A DNA stretch of 58,563 bases from the NCBI GenBank assembly GCA_003344405.1, contig NOWV01000214.1, positions 62,001 to 120,563 on the forward strand, given 5' to 3'. The stretch is from Trichoplax sp. H2. Lineage: Eukaryota. The position numbers were made by a program, and so were the translations under genes. Below, piece by piece: positions 13,226-26,144 of the stretch. The notes below the pieces were generated by a model. The model was not told the origin of the DNA. It saw only the letters and a program-made list of their open reading frames with translations, and ran no database searches. Every line of letters begins with the position of its first letter. The stretch's first letter is position 1.

Positions 13226-16200
13226 CTATCTATTGTAATTATTGAAAAAGCTTTTAATCTGAACATAAGCGATCTGGTTCTGAATTTCTATCGTTTCATC
13301 GTCAAGGATGCCTACGAAGAATATTGGTGAAAGTTTTGCCCTACTACTCTCCAATTTACTGCCTGTACAATTGAATTTTTTGTTATGCTCAGCACTCAAA
13401 TCCTCATTTTATAAATACTGATTCATTTCCTTTATTTAATCAGCCATGAATTCTTCGTTTACGTTGCTAGCGATTAAAGATAATAGATTACAGTAATAAA
13501 AAAATTGGACTCTTTTTCCTTCTTTATATGCATGTTGCGTAAAACCCGAGAATCGGTGAGTCCAAAGTAAGTTAATTATTTATATATATTATACAAGAAT
13601 GGTTTCTAAAGATAAAAACTAAAAATTAATTGCTTTAAAATGTAGCTATTTGATCAGCGTTTTATGCTGTAGCTCTAAGAAGGCATCTACTGTACAGATT
13701 TATAGAAGCTAATAAATAGTATAGGCGCAATAAACAATAATATTAACCTTCATCATCAAATAATATTGAAGGCAAGTGAGTGCGAGCAGATACTGCTGAA
13801 CTAACTGGTTTCTTGGATGCTGCTGGAGTAACTGGTTTCTTGGATACTGCTGGAGTAACCGGTTTCTTAGATGCTGCATCGGTACCAGGGCTTTCATCAT
13901 CAAATATTCCTCTACCTGTATATTTTTGTAGTTCGTCATCGCTAGCTTGATCTTGTGCTATCTTTGTATCTACTTGTAGCTGATCTTTACTCTTTTCAGG
14001 GCCAGCAGTAGTTCCACTAAGGTTTTAAAGATATGATTTTAGCTGATTTGACAGTGCTGATAATAGGATTAAACTTTCTCTTAATATAGTAGATAAGTAG
14101 GCAACTACTTCTCTTTGAATCTCAGAATTTAGAAGAACTTATTTTTACAGATTTACTAATTGTATAGTTAATTAATGTCGGTGTCATGTTCTGTTATAGT
14201 TACATAATTAGTATGTTACCTTCTTTCTATATATGGTTAAATATCACGATGTTATTATCACGTCATGCGTATATAGATGTAGTTATGGTACTATATTAAG
14301 CTTATCTATATATGTATTCTCATGTTGCCATACTCGGTATGATATCCTATTTGTAATGTCTAAACTAGGGAAACCTTTCTCTTAGTGATGATCTTGTGAT
14401 CTACGCCAGTAGATCAAAGGTCACAATAAAGAAAGTNNNNNNNNNNNNNNNNNNNNTCATTCATAAGTAAAAATGAATCATTGTAAAGGTTTTAACTAAT
14501 TATACTAATGTATACGTTACTGAAGTACATACCTAAGGAAGACCTACTTGAAATTTTCAGTAGACAGCGAGATAAATTCGTCGCCATTTTGATTACTTCA
14601 GTTCATGCACCCTACGCAGCAGATCTGTGCATACCCAGTGCAGTATGCGCATGGTCAGGTCGGTGACGATACACTGTACCAGACTACTAGTACAGTACTG
14701 TACGGTACAGTACTGTACTGGTACCTGAGTGTACTGTAGACTACAAGAAGAAGACCTGATGACTCCTTCGGATAGACGGACTTCTTCTACCAAATGAGAT
14801 CGAAAAATGGCTAACAGTACTTGGTATGGATCTTCCGTTTTTGTTTTCGAAATCATTCCCATACTAAAGTAGCGTCATAACGAAGTGTTTGAAACAATAT
14901 TTTGAAGAGATGATGGGAGAAGGTCTGTCCGTCCAAGAGAACGATCCAAGCGTGAAGTGCANNNNNNNNNNNNNNNNNNNNTCGGTGTCACGTTCTGTAA
15001 TAGTTACATAATTAGTATGTTACCTTCTTTCTATATATGGTTAAATATCACGATGTTATTATCACGTCATGCGTATATAGATGTAGTTATGGTACTATAT
15101 TAAGCTTATCTATATATGTATTCTCATGTTGCCATACTCGGTATGATATCCTATTTGTAATGTCTAAACTAGGGAAACCTTTCTCTTAGTGATGATCTTG
15201 TGATCTACGCCAGTAGATCAAAGGTCACAATAAAGAAAGTATATAAACTCATTATTTTAACAATAAAGTTCGTTCTTCAACTTAATTACTGGGTCTCCTT
15301 GCTGAGTGCAGATCTAGTACTTGTTACAAAATTTGGAAGTTGTAACAGTCGGATATAAATCTAACAGCGAGAACATTTTTTTAAGAAACTGTAAGATATG
15401 TACTGCATGATAGTTAACAGATTCTATTAGGCTATCACTCAGTATCTGCCTTCCTATAGATTATATTTATCGTTTATTGCTAGTTTCCTATTTTCTTTAG
15501 CATGCAATGGCTTAATTTAACGAAAATTCGAAAATACTTAAATGAAACAAGAGCTACAGTTGTATTATGTCTCTAGCAAAGTAAACTTTCATGGCAACCA
15601 AGTTCGATGATTGCAACGATTGCTAACTAACAGCTGACTTATTTAGTACACTAATCAAACATATAGTAAATAGTTAGTAAAGATCTAATCGATTCGATAG
15701 CAAGACTATTCTTATCTTTAACAAAAATAGCAAGTTTATAATCATTATTTAGGATGCAACGAGATTAATATAGCGTTTTTGATCTATGCGTACAAATGCT
15801 ATACCTTTGAGTGTTGGTGGGTACGGCAAGTTTGGATTTCTGTAAATAGAATATGTAGGGTATTGCCGCGAAATAATTATTTGAAAACATTAGAATTGAT
15901 ACAGTAGGTAATTAATAAAAGCAAATTTAGCCTTAAATGCTTATCAGATACTCTTATTTCTAACTAGAAAGAAGCAGCTGTTATTTAAAGGTACCTGTGA
16001 TTCATCCTTTAAATGGTTGACTTGCGATTCGGGTTCATTAATTTCTGTTGTAGTTTCTTTGTCCTCTGGTAGTCGATCCTGCTTTGCCAGAAAGTGATGT
16101 TAGTAAACTTTATAAGCTCATATCAACAACATTTAGTACTGGCATTATAACAGCTAAATTGGTATAAGTTAATGCAGTGAAAAATCCTAAGTTGGAAATA

Positions 16201-19200
16201 AACCGCTTATGCTCATGTACTTAAAGAATAATTGATCTATTTAAATGGTGTAATTAATCTTACGGCATGTTGCTGATCTGGCTTTACAGGGGTAGCAGCA
16301 GTATCTCGGCTAAGTAGTGTGGTTTGATAAATCAAAATATTAATATATGCTTTTATTGAGTGTAAATCATCTGCTGTATGAATAATAATAATTAAACAGT
16401 TTATTTCTAGATTTAAAAATTTATAGGTTGTTTACAATTTACTTTTTAGTAGCCTTTAACTTGGCAGCTTGTTCTGCGTCCTTGATTTTTCTATTCATGT
16501 TGTTTAGGTAAATTATCCGTAAATTGACGAAAATTTAAGATAATTTACTTATATGAAGTATTGCTTGGAAACTTACTGTCGCCTCTGATCCTGAATCTCC
16601 TCTCTTTTTGCCTTTCGTTCCTCAATCTAACGTAAGTAAATAATAGCATTTTCTATTGTATTCTGTAAGATATTTTAGCTGTGTCATTATTTAACAAACA
16701 ATTTTTTATTTGTAATTCGCTATTCTTTGAACTAGTATGCTTGTTAAATTTACCAGTTGATCATATAAGGGTTCATTGTAGGCTTTAGTGTTCCACCCTG
16801 GTAGCTGAGATAGAGCTATTGAAGATGGGATGTTAACATTAGTGTCATTTGAGATGGATAATATTGTAATAAAACTCCTGCTAAAGACTAGCTTACCCGC
16901 AATAGGATCAACTATTGGAATATCATCACTAGTGGTTCTTTTAATAAGTGTTGAGCGTAAATCTTCGTAAAAATATTTTTGTATCTGATTGGCAAATTAA
17001 CGATTAATGAATAAAAAATCTATATTGATTAGAATAGTACTGCAAGATGTAAAGCAACTTATTAGCTATAATGATTGAGTTTGAGAAGTCATGTATTAAA
17101 TTTAATGAAATCGGAAAAGATGATGATCAACAAAAGCTGTACTGATATAAATTTATCCCATCTCTTTGTAGAAATGATTATCAATAATATCCACCATTAC
17201 TTGATAATTGTAGTAGACTTATTAAGCACATATTTCAGTTATCTGAATTTATTGAATGAAATTGAATTACCATTTGTAAGATTAATTGCTATCATACGAT
17301 TAAGAATGATTAATTATTTTATGCGTTATTGCTAACTTGTATAATGTAAGTAACAAATGGATTTGCTATTTTGGAAAATGAATGACCCATAAATTTAAAT
17401 ATTCTACTAAACTAATATAAACAATCCCTAGCTTAATTAACTCAAAAATCTCATTAGAAGTGTATTATAATACCTGAAATTGGACTTCTTGTACTGTTAA
17501 TGTGCGACTATCTTTAAGAATAGTCTGCTCTACTGCTTTAATCTATTGACAAAAATTAGACTTAGTTAGGATTCACAAAATATAGTTATAAGTGTCATTT
17601 TTTCATCTATTTAGCAATAGTCATTAGAAATTAGATATTGAATTTATTTGATATATCGGAAATAGTTAGAACTTATAACTATACCGTTTTACACTCCATT
17701 AAACTTTGCCTCAAGGACAAGAGAATAGATATACAGAATGCTGGTATACAATCAAATTTGGGATTACTCATTCCGATAATAATTTGATCCCATATAAAGC
17801 ATACTACTTCCATAGGGAGGAAGCCTAAATTTAGATTTAAGAGTGATATTAAAAATTTTTACTGTTTTTGTTAGCGAAAATAATACCTAAATTGTGCATT
17901 AAAAATGCTGTCTCTACCGATATTATTATTTTGCAATCATATAATAGTGAGCGTTAGATATATTTGTAGGATATTACAGTAAGAGCTCAGCTTAGATAGT
18001 TTATAATAAAATGATTAAAAATGAGCTTATGAATCAAGAAATTTATATAATGAAACATTAATTCTTTGATAATCTTACAATATTTTTTATGAATTACTGC
18101 CCTACTATACCGAAATCTTTATCTTTTACATTACTCTTACTAGGCTAGTTTACTTACCAACGAATAAACTTCGAACTAGTGGGCGAAGTATTGTAGCTAT
18201 GCTTTGATAAATCGACGCATTCTGTAGGGGTTTTGCTGTTAGATGAAATGATGTAACATGGTTAACAATACCTTTAGGCTAGTATAGTACGGTGTTCAAT
18301 CAATTTCAATTGATACATTACCTGTTTCTTCTGGTGAAGCTAAGGCTGACTGTAATGCCTTCGATAAATCGATATCTAGTGCTTTAATTTTGTCGATAAC
18401 AGTTTTTGCAAGGTCCTTGATATTATTGCTTGCTTTCTATGACGATAGTATTAATAAACGATGATTTGTGAGTTTAAAATTGACCCCTTCAAAAGTATTG
18501 ACTCTAGATAATTAGTAATTATCAGTTATGCTTTACGTACCTGACTGACTCCGTCTCTCTTGAGTTCCTGCCTTGCAATGATAAAGGTTGTGTAGTATTC
18601 TATGGTACATGCTATAAGATCAATGGTACAATCTTTCCAACAACCGCATTTTAAATATAGAAAGGGTAATAATAATAAATAATCGGTGTCAACGAGACTT
18701 GTGTTTTTGTTCAAGTGTAACTGACGGTAGGAAAGAATAATTTCCATAGCGTCTGGAAGATTAGCTTCTAGTGCTAATGTTGCAAAGAGAGGCTCAGTGT
18801 GAATAATAGCTTTACATCTTTGTTTAATATTTAGATAGCGTCCTTGCTGTCTATCATTTTGTAACTTATTTATTTCATCAAAGCTATCTTGATAAATTGA
18901 TTGGTTTCTTAACTGTAATTTCCAAGCAGTATGACGTAGCTGCTTTGGTAGACATCGATTAAAACATAAATATAATTTTTTACGAAATTGTGGTCGCTTT
19001 TCCAGTAACTTTGCTGCACTATCTGCACTATATTGAAGCAGTAGATCAGTTTCACTAATCGCAATAGGCTGAGCACTAGCCTTATTTTGATTGCCTTGGT
19101 GTTCTTCAGCAATAGTACTATGATCTTGTGTGTTCAATCTTATTTGTGTAAGCAGAGCTTGCTCTAATGTTGTTGAGACAGTTTTAAATAATGAATGATA

Positions 19201-19395
19201 GGACTCGTGTTGTTCGATTAATTTTAGGGCTCGATTAATACACAAATCGCGTTCATCTTGATTTAATTCAGAAAAGAGCGGTACATGAAATTCTTTCATT
19301 TGTTGTTGTACAGCGTCGTAAAGGTGGTTCGATACAATTTGCCAATCCTTGCTCTGAAGGATATCATCTTTAGCGTTGTCGATCCAATCCGCCAT
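13226..19395 (-). CDS. Divergent TBC (Rab-GAP-like) domain protein with charged/low-complexity C-terminus, ~14 exons
   Basis: Phase-consistent GT-AG chain, approximately 18541-19395, 18322-18436, 18158-18235, 17684-17824, 17474-17542, 16897-16984, 16754-16815, 16577-16626, 16443-16490, 16264-16309, 15995-16078, 15805-15839, 13748-14017, 13226-13362. Carries TBC-like motifs LPKQLRHTAWKLQL and RSLFVGFLPMEVVCFIWDQ. The last exon is the least certain. Confidence 0.7.
13789..13877 (-). repeat. 27-bp coding tandem repeat, ~3.3 copies, encoding A(A/V)SKKPV(T/S)(P/S)
   Basis: Plus-strand unit GAT(A/G)CTGCTGGAGTAACTGGTTTCTTG, inside exon 13748-14017. Confidence 0.85.
14178..15240. repeat. 259-bp direct duplication (14178-14436 = 14982-15240) flanking two 20-N gaps
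   Basis: The two copies are identical apart from 2 substitutions next to the second gap. Gaps lie at 14437-14456 and 14962-14981. Confidence 0.95.
14457..14961. repeat. Gap-bounded second copy of 47870-48387 (NDUFS8 exon 1 plus upstream region)
   Basis: Colinear and near-identical from TCATTCATAAGTAAAAATG to CGTGAAGTGCA, with small indels near 14660-14740. Exon-1 copy at 14533-14587 on the minus strand. Confidence 0.95.
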
Positions 19396-19876
19396 AATCA
19401 AGCAATTTCTTTTATTGATTTTTAGTTGAGTTGATAACCTCAAATTTGCCGTATATTATTTTATTATTATTTATTGCCGGTTGTAGAGATGATGACAGCT
19501 AGCTTTGCGTAAAAATAAATTGATTATTTAAATTCAGATCCAAGCTACGTTGCCATATTTGGTTGTCCTCTATTGATGTGCTATCATGACATTATGAAAT
19601 GTTGCAGTAAATGTTATGAGTGAATCGATACGTCAGTCCTTTCTGGATTGTTTTGATATAGCCTACAAGTTAATGATTATTCTAGTGCTGTTTTCGCTTA
19701 ATTTTAAATTGCTTATACCAAACTACAATATTCAGTTTGTAAGATTGATTCAATCCAACATTGCAAGAAACACCGATCTCCTACGCATTGGCAATCTCAC
19801 CACTGGTAAACACTGCTGTTCACTCAATGATCCACTTTCATTGCATCCTTGAACTACAGGCATAATTTAGAACAGA

Positions 19877-20040
19877 TAGTAGCCTAGTATCCAGCTGTCC
19901 ATATGCAGCGACTATGAGCTATACTAATTCCATTCAGTTTCGTGTTCTGCAAGTGTGTCCCAACAGCTACTTTTGCCACTTGAGCACCTTTAGTACTTCA
20001 GTGTAGCCATGACAACACGCTGACAGATGGACAGCACGAC
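19877..20040 (-). pseudogene. Possible degraded ankyrin-repeat coding remnant
   Basis: Reads AVHLSACCHGYTEVLKVL, then after a frameshift KLNGISIAH, then after another frameshift VAAYGQLDTRLL. In-frame stops present. Confidence 0.35.
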
Positions 20041-20059
20041 AAAATGCTTTGTACTTACA

Positions 20060-20226
20060 ATGTACAGTACTGTACAGTATAGTATTGATACAGTATCGTC
20101 ATGCATAACTAACTACTGTACTGTACAGTACAGTACAGTACTGTACTGTAAAAGGGATTGTACAGTACAGTATAATTCAATTCGATATACTGTACAGTGT
20201 ACTGTACAGTACAGTATTATACTGTA
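20060..20226. repeat. TACAG/CTGTA mosaic microsatellite (continues patchily to ~20660)
   Basis: For example tgtacagtactgtacagta and actgtactgtacagtacagtacagtactgtactgta. It generates the spurious YCTVQYS ORFs. Confidence 0.85.
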
Positions 20227-23210
20227 AATGGCATATAAACTAAACCAACTTATTTCCAAGCCATGAGCAGCTTTATTGATCAAACAGGATGATTCCATAT
20301 CGTTGACAACTCATTCAAGCTGGAACCCGATCTACATAGGACAGGGTAGGATGATTACTAGTCGTCATCCAATCCATGGACTACTGAAAAAAAAAGGAAT
20401 CCTTGTCCAATCTCGCTTTTGATCGATACGAGTAAACGAGTTGATGCAATCTTTCTCCATTTTCCTGAAGAACCAAGATGTGACAGACTGACAGTCACAC
20501 CCTCACCTGGACGGAATGCCAGACATTGGAATGGAAGGATCGCTTCTGTACAGTGTACAGTCTACAGTGTACGATTCTTACTGTACTGTGTACTGTAAAG
20601 TCCTTTTTAGATACTGTAGCCCATGCTGTACCGTACAGTACGTACTGTACTGTACACCTGAGTGGCTGAAGTGTATCGAAAATCGCGCAGGCGCATCAAC
20701 CATCAAGTCATCGACGCTGAAACTGTACTGGGTGGCCTGTGGCCTGTATTAGAGGAAAAAACTTCCATGGCACAGTACTAAAAGCACTTACTGTACCGCT
20801 TACCGCATAGCCTCTGCTTTCACGTTGTCGGTAGCTGGAAGTGATCCAAGATGGTGTTGAGCGGCCTCTACAACGCAATATTTCGAAGGTCTTCAACGTT
20901 TGCCTTGGCAATTCTTGTTGGAGCTGTTTTCTTTGAACGTGCTTTTGATGTTGGCACAGATACTTATTTCAATAAAGTTAATCGTGGGGTAAGAAATGAT
21001 GCTGTAGCAAATTGATTGTAGTAGTCAGGGCGTTTTAATACGGTAAAAATGTCGAGAATCGCTCGTCTAAAAAGTGTACATATGGACAGAGATTGCTTTG
21101 CCTAGTGTTGAATGGACTATAGATTGTCATAAAATGGCATGATGTTATGCATATATCTACAATTGGATAGTATCTCTACTAGTCTAATTCTGTTATGAAT
21201 AGGTCAGTGGAATGCTTACGGACACATGGATCAGTCAATGTTGTTATAGTTGATCAGAAAAGTTGTAGGAGATGGTACGATTGTAGTCTACCTTCCCGAG
21301 TACTGACTCTAGTCTAGACATTAGAGTTTATTGAATTACTTCCTTCAGTCTGTTATAGCAGACATACCATGAAATGAATAATTTTACAACATGGATTACA
21401 TGGCTAGTTGATCTTGCACATTCTATCGTAACTTTTTATGTACTGTACTCTACTCGACGGAGTCCATGTCAAACGTAAATACTATAAAAATACTGCACCA
21501 ATTGGACAACAAATATCAATCATTTATTGATCAGCAACCATTTTAAGACACTATTGATGATTGAAATCGATATGGTGATAGGTTTAACTTTGGATTAAAT
21601 CTGTTTTTTATTAACCTACAGAAATTATTTGAAGATATTCCAGCCGTAGCTGAAAAACTCGCTCAAGACAACTAACGCCTAAGAAATTGGCTTTTTACAA
21701 ATATTTTCAGAGCTATTGGATTCATCTATCAAATCCTTTACTATGAAGCTATTTCTTGTTTGATGTACAATTAAAATATGTAAAAGTGAATATTGCTTAC
21801 AATGCAAGACATGATATCGTAGGCAAGGTTTGATTATGGAATGTACAGAACGGAATTATGCTGTCTGTAGTATTTATGAAAATTGCTATGCGCAAATTAC
21901 TTCATGACATTCAAATTTGTATTGGTTGTGGAATAAAATTTAGTTAGTTACTATCCGCTAAGGTTAATGAACTTGTAATTGTCCTGATTTCTTATCTCTT
22001 TTGCATGCTTTTCCCAATAGCCCAAGAATATACTGTAGGTCAAACTGATAGTAACCAGGCTAGATAGTTTAATTAGTCATCGTTTAGTGGTGTTGCTTTA
22101 CAACATTGAATAACTAATATGGTCCATGTCGCGGTGGATGACGTGAGAATAGTCATCATAAAGTTACAAGCTTTACAAAGTGGTGATGCACTGCAATTGT
22201 TTGACTTAACAATGTTACATTTAGTACAATGTAGGTAAACCTGCCAACTCCGTAATAGAGAAGGAAAAAAATTTTATTGTGATAAACAGTATCCAGTACT
22301 GTACAAATATTAGACTGTCTCAGCTGCAAAATGGTAAAGACTAGAACTATCAGTCAAATGACGGTTGTTATGCAATAACAGTATAGCAGTTGTTGCGTTT
22401 TCCAGTCTGCTAACATGTAAGGCGCTATGCATAGTGCCAGCAAAATCCATATAACATGTACATCATGATTAATTAAACTATATATTATTACAAGATTCGA
22501 ATTAGCTATAAAATATCCATTAGCATTTTAAAAACATATACCTTCCAAAACATGTTCTTTTATGGCTTAATACTATATTCAGTGTTATAATAGAAATCAA
22601 TAACTGATTCTTGTTGTATGTAAAATAACCTACTTTATATCTACAGTACGTTAATCATCATATCCTATTGGCAATAGGATGACTTGAGATTATCAGTAAC
22701 TTTGCTGAGATAATTATTTTAAAGTTAATTAGCTTAAAATAAAAAGTAGTTGGTTTCTGTACAATTCTTCCATCTAACATTCCATAAGTTTGTAAATTCG
22801 CTCAGTGTAGCAGTGAAGTGCTATTGACTGTGTTACATATTGGATGTACTTAGATTACATCTTTTCTGTATTACATAAATATTTCATGAATACAACAAAG
22901 GCTTGGAATTAATGGTATTATGGCCTATCTAAAGATAGCAGGAAATAGTGGAATCCCTGGGAATTGTTTACTCCGAGGCTAATCTAATTTCGGTCTATAA
23001 ATGCTGTTTAGTACAGATTACAGACCACAATGGTGAAAAGCTCACTTTGAACATATAATTATACAAATAAAAGGATCAATCAATCAATCACTTAGAGACT
23101 TCGTAATAATTACTAGTTAATTATCAAGCCATTGATTAGTATCGTTGGTCAATTAATTGGTAGAGTAAAGCTCCGGTGTCATTGCTTACTACTGTACATC
23201 ATTATTATTC

Positions 23211-24655
23211 TTAAATCAGATCCATCCTATCAGTCGAGCTATTATCGTCATCGGCATTCTTACGTTCTTTTCTCCTTCTTTTCAACTTTGATTTAGTTGC
23301 TAATTTAAATTGTGTTATCAAATCTCCCCATAAGAGATCAGCACTACAAACAGGACAATTTCCTTGAATTGGCACAATCATACCATTATCGTTTGCAAAT
23401 TGTTCAGCTAAGCAGGTTAGGTGACTTGACATTTGGCAATTACGCCATGTACAAACTAGTAATTCATCTAGCCCCTAGAAGAAATTTATTCCAATGATTC
23501 TAAGTTCAGACTATTCTTTCACCATGAGTAAAGTAAGATCCAAGGTATTGACGTACTATTTGAGATTATTTTCATGTGATACCTTACCTCAATTCTGCAA
23601 TGACATAGCACGCAACGCTTTGGTAATTGATACCGATCATCCGTCTGGTAGTGTTTAAAATTACCGATTTTAATAGGCCCATATGCTATTGGCATGTGTT
23701 GCTGAAATAGCAAATCATGATTATATTATTATTAGTGTAACTGATTATATCACGTATAAGTAAGAGTAACTTAGTAGCTTTTATATTCAGAATGAATACA
23801 TAACTAACAGGTGCTTGTTGGCTGACAGGAAATTGAATTTCATATTGAGGCTCAAGCCATCGAATAATCAATGGTAGAGAGCACCAAGGCTGACATCGTA
23901 GCATTTCGGTCAAGATACGAAAGCGAAATTCTAATCCACTTTCACTAGCTTTTTTACCACTGAGGTGGCGTAATCTTCTACCATTTTTAGGATTTTGCCA
24001 GGCCCATTCAAACTAATATAAGAAAAAAATTGATAAATGTATTATCTTTTCAATAAGCAATAACTTGATAAGTATATGTCTACTATAACCTGTATTTAAT
24101 ACTTTACTGTTATAGACTGCGCTCTGTTGAATAGAGTAGTGTTTACAATCTTATGATAATCGTATTATTTCAAAAGCACACCTGAAGAGCAACGATTTCG
24201 TTGGGAAAGCCATGGACAACTAAAACCATAATCCTAGTATTTCAATCAGAATACTTGTAAGTAAATACGTGCAGATGACAATGTTGATACGCGTAATTAT
24301 CACTTTTATGAATATTAATATGGTCGTAGTTAGTGTTGTGATCTAGTCTTTTTTTGCAGTCCTTCTACCTTGATATTATTATATATCAAGGTTAGACATT
24401 ATGGCATGGTTTTTGTCAATAGCACAGGGCATGGAAAATAAGTAAAAATAAAGTATAAAATTATCGTAAGACTTACCATGGTCCTTTACCACTGGTGCGT
24501 TTTGCACCACCAAATCGTCTGCCTCCATTATGTTGTTTAATTCTTTTATTAGGGTCTACTGTAAATCCGATATAAGTCCATCCCTTGTATTTTGGATTGG
24601 TTGAAGTCAATAAATAGCAGCCATAAAAGTTGTAGTAACTGTCGTCATTTTCCAT
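23211..24655 (-). CDS. SLX1: Structure-specific endonuclease subunit SLX1 (GIY-YIG nuclease plus C-terminal zinc finger), 270 aa, 5 exons (24477-24655, 24182-24233, 23809-24012, 23588-23701, 23211-23474)
   Basis: FYGCYLLTS...[18 protein letters not shown]...[41 protein letters not shown]...HLTCLA...GNCPVC...LLWGDLI. Exons total 813 nt in frame. Confidence 0.95.
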
Positions 24656-25726
24656 TAGTGTTTCAATTATCTCAGGCTTGGTTGCCGCAAGTACTGTACA
24701 ATTTGGCTATTGTTTTGATGATTAAGAGGTACACGTATGCATACAGTAGAGTTAATAGAGGATACAAGAAAAGTCGTCGAGTAATCCGTACTCTAAATAC
24801 GTTACTTATCAAGTTTATACTTTATGCTTCAAAGTCATCAAAATCATCATGGATGTACACATTAAGGAGCAAAAATTGTGCATGCTATGGTTGCTACATG
24901 AAACTCATCAGCTATAATTCAGTCATTACGAGAATGACGTATTCATTGCACCCCTGACGACAATATCAGCTGCATCGTACTTTAGGGGTTTACGAATATT
25001 TGCATGATGGATACAATACAGAAGTTAACTATCATTAGCAAGCTCTACAATTTCTAGTTCACATTCGTACAATATATCATAAGCCAATGGAATAGGATTG
25101 CAATCGTCCACTCGTCAGCAGTGTCGACATTGTACAAATACGAACGGTGATAGTGTACTGTACTGTATACCGGTGTCTTTCTATAGAACGTAAATAAACA
25201 AATTATAATAAATACCTGAAGCTTGCTAGGTGAGAGGATCGTTTTTTGTGTTGTCTTGAAGCCTCAAGAATAGAAAACGTGCTATCCCGAGTAGGTGATA
25301 ACCGCCTAGTTGATGATTTTATCACTAAAATCGAACTGAGTCATAGCAAGAACGATAAAATTGTTATAATCGCTAAGCAGATTGATGCACAAGAGAAACA
25401 ACGTTACGAAAATGAATTTAAATTATTTTGAACAGAACATCGTGATTGTCAATTGACAACGGTACTGTATACGCCCATTGTAAGCTTGATCGATTATCAG
25501 GATCACGAATTCTGAACTGTTTCATAACTATCCTAATATGAGATTGCATCATCCTATTTCAAGTATAGAGATGATGCTTGAAAACTTACATGATACTCCA
25601 TCACAGCGTCCGATGGAAGATGCCCAGCACACTCCATAAGTAATTAATATCAACGTTACAGCGGATGGTGGAAGTTACCCAATGAAATTTCGTGCTGAAA
25701 TTTTAAAATTTGCAAATGACCTTCGA

Positions 25727-25838
25727 TACTGTAGTACTGTACACTGTACACTGTACAGCAGTACTGTACAGTACAGTATAACAGCGTACAGTGCAATGGA
25801 TGGTAGCAATCTACAGTACTGTACTGTACTGTACTGTA
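25727..25838. repeat. TACAG/CTGTA mosaic microsatellite
   Basis: tactgtagtactgtacactgtacactgtacag...cagtactgtactgtactgtactgta. Confidence 0.85.
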
Positions 25839-25903
25839 TGTCAACTACCAACTGCTTCACGGTTTTGTGTAGTTTCGTCAACTCAAATGGCAGATTTTGA
25901 TAT

Positions 25904-26052
25904 AATTTCTGAAGGAATTCTTACTAAAAGTCAACTAGCGCCGTTTCAAATACTGATACAACGCCATTTTTAAAAATAACAAAAATGGCGTTGGATCAGT
26001 AATTTAAAACAGCGGTAGGCCACTTTGAGCAAATAGAATTCCTTAAGAATTT
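25904..26052. repeat. ~150-bp imperfect palindrome (fold-back element)
   Basis: Core TACTGATACAACGCCATTTTT, 9-nt loop, AAAAATGGCGTTGGATCAGTA (1 mismatch). Outer arms AAGGAATTCT (25912-25921) and AGAATTCCTT (26035-26044). Confidence 0.85.
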
Positions 26053-26144
26053 AAGACTCGAAATCGTCAAGCTGTTGGGAAATTACTAATTTTAAAAATT
26101 AATTTTTGAATACGGTCTACTGTGTACAATCTGTCCTTGAATAT

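Noticed and set aside
13709..13939. 76-aa ORF with LQQYPRNQ repeats
   Set aside because: Alternative frame of the TBC-like exon; splice phase supports the SKKPVTP frame.
20027..20752. ORFs rich in YCTVQYS (also 14593-14862, 25656-25973, 44706-44903, 48315-48640, 56378-56774)
   Set aside because: They are translations of the TACAG/CTGTA microsatellite, which keeps frames open on both strands; no protein signal.
24473..24655. GIY-YIG motif as a homing endonuclease or Penelope element
   Set aside because: It is exon 1 of a normal five-exon SLX1 gene.
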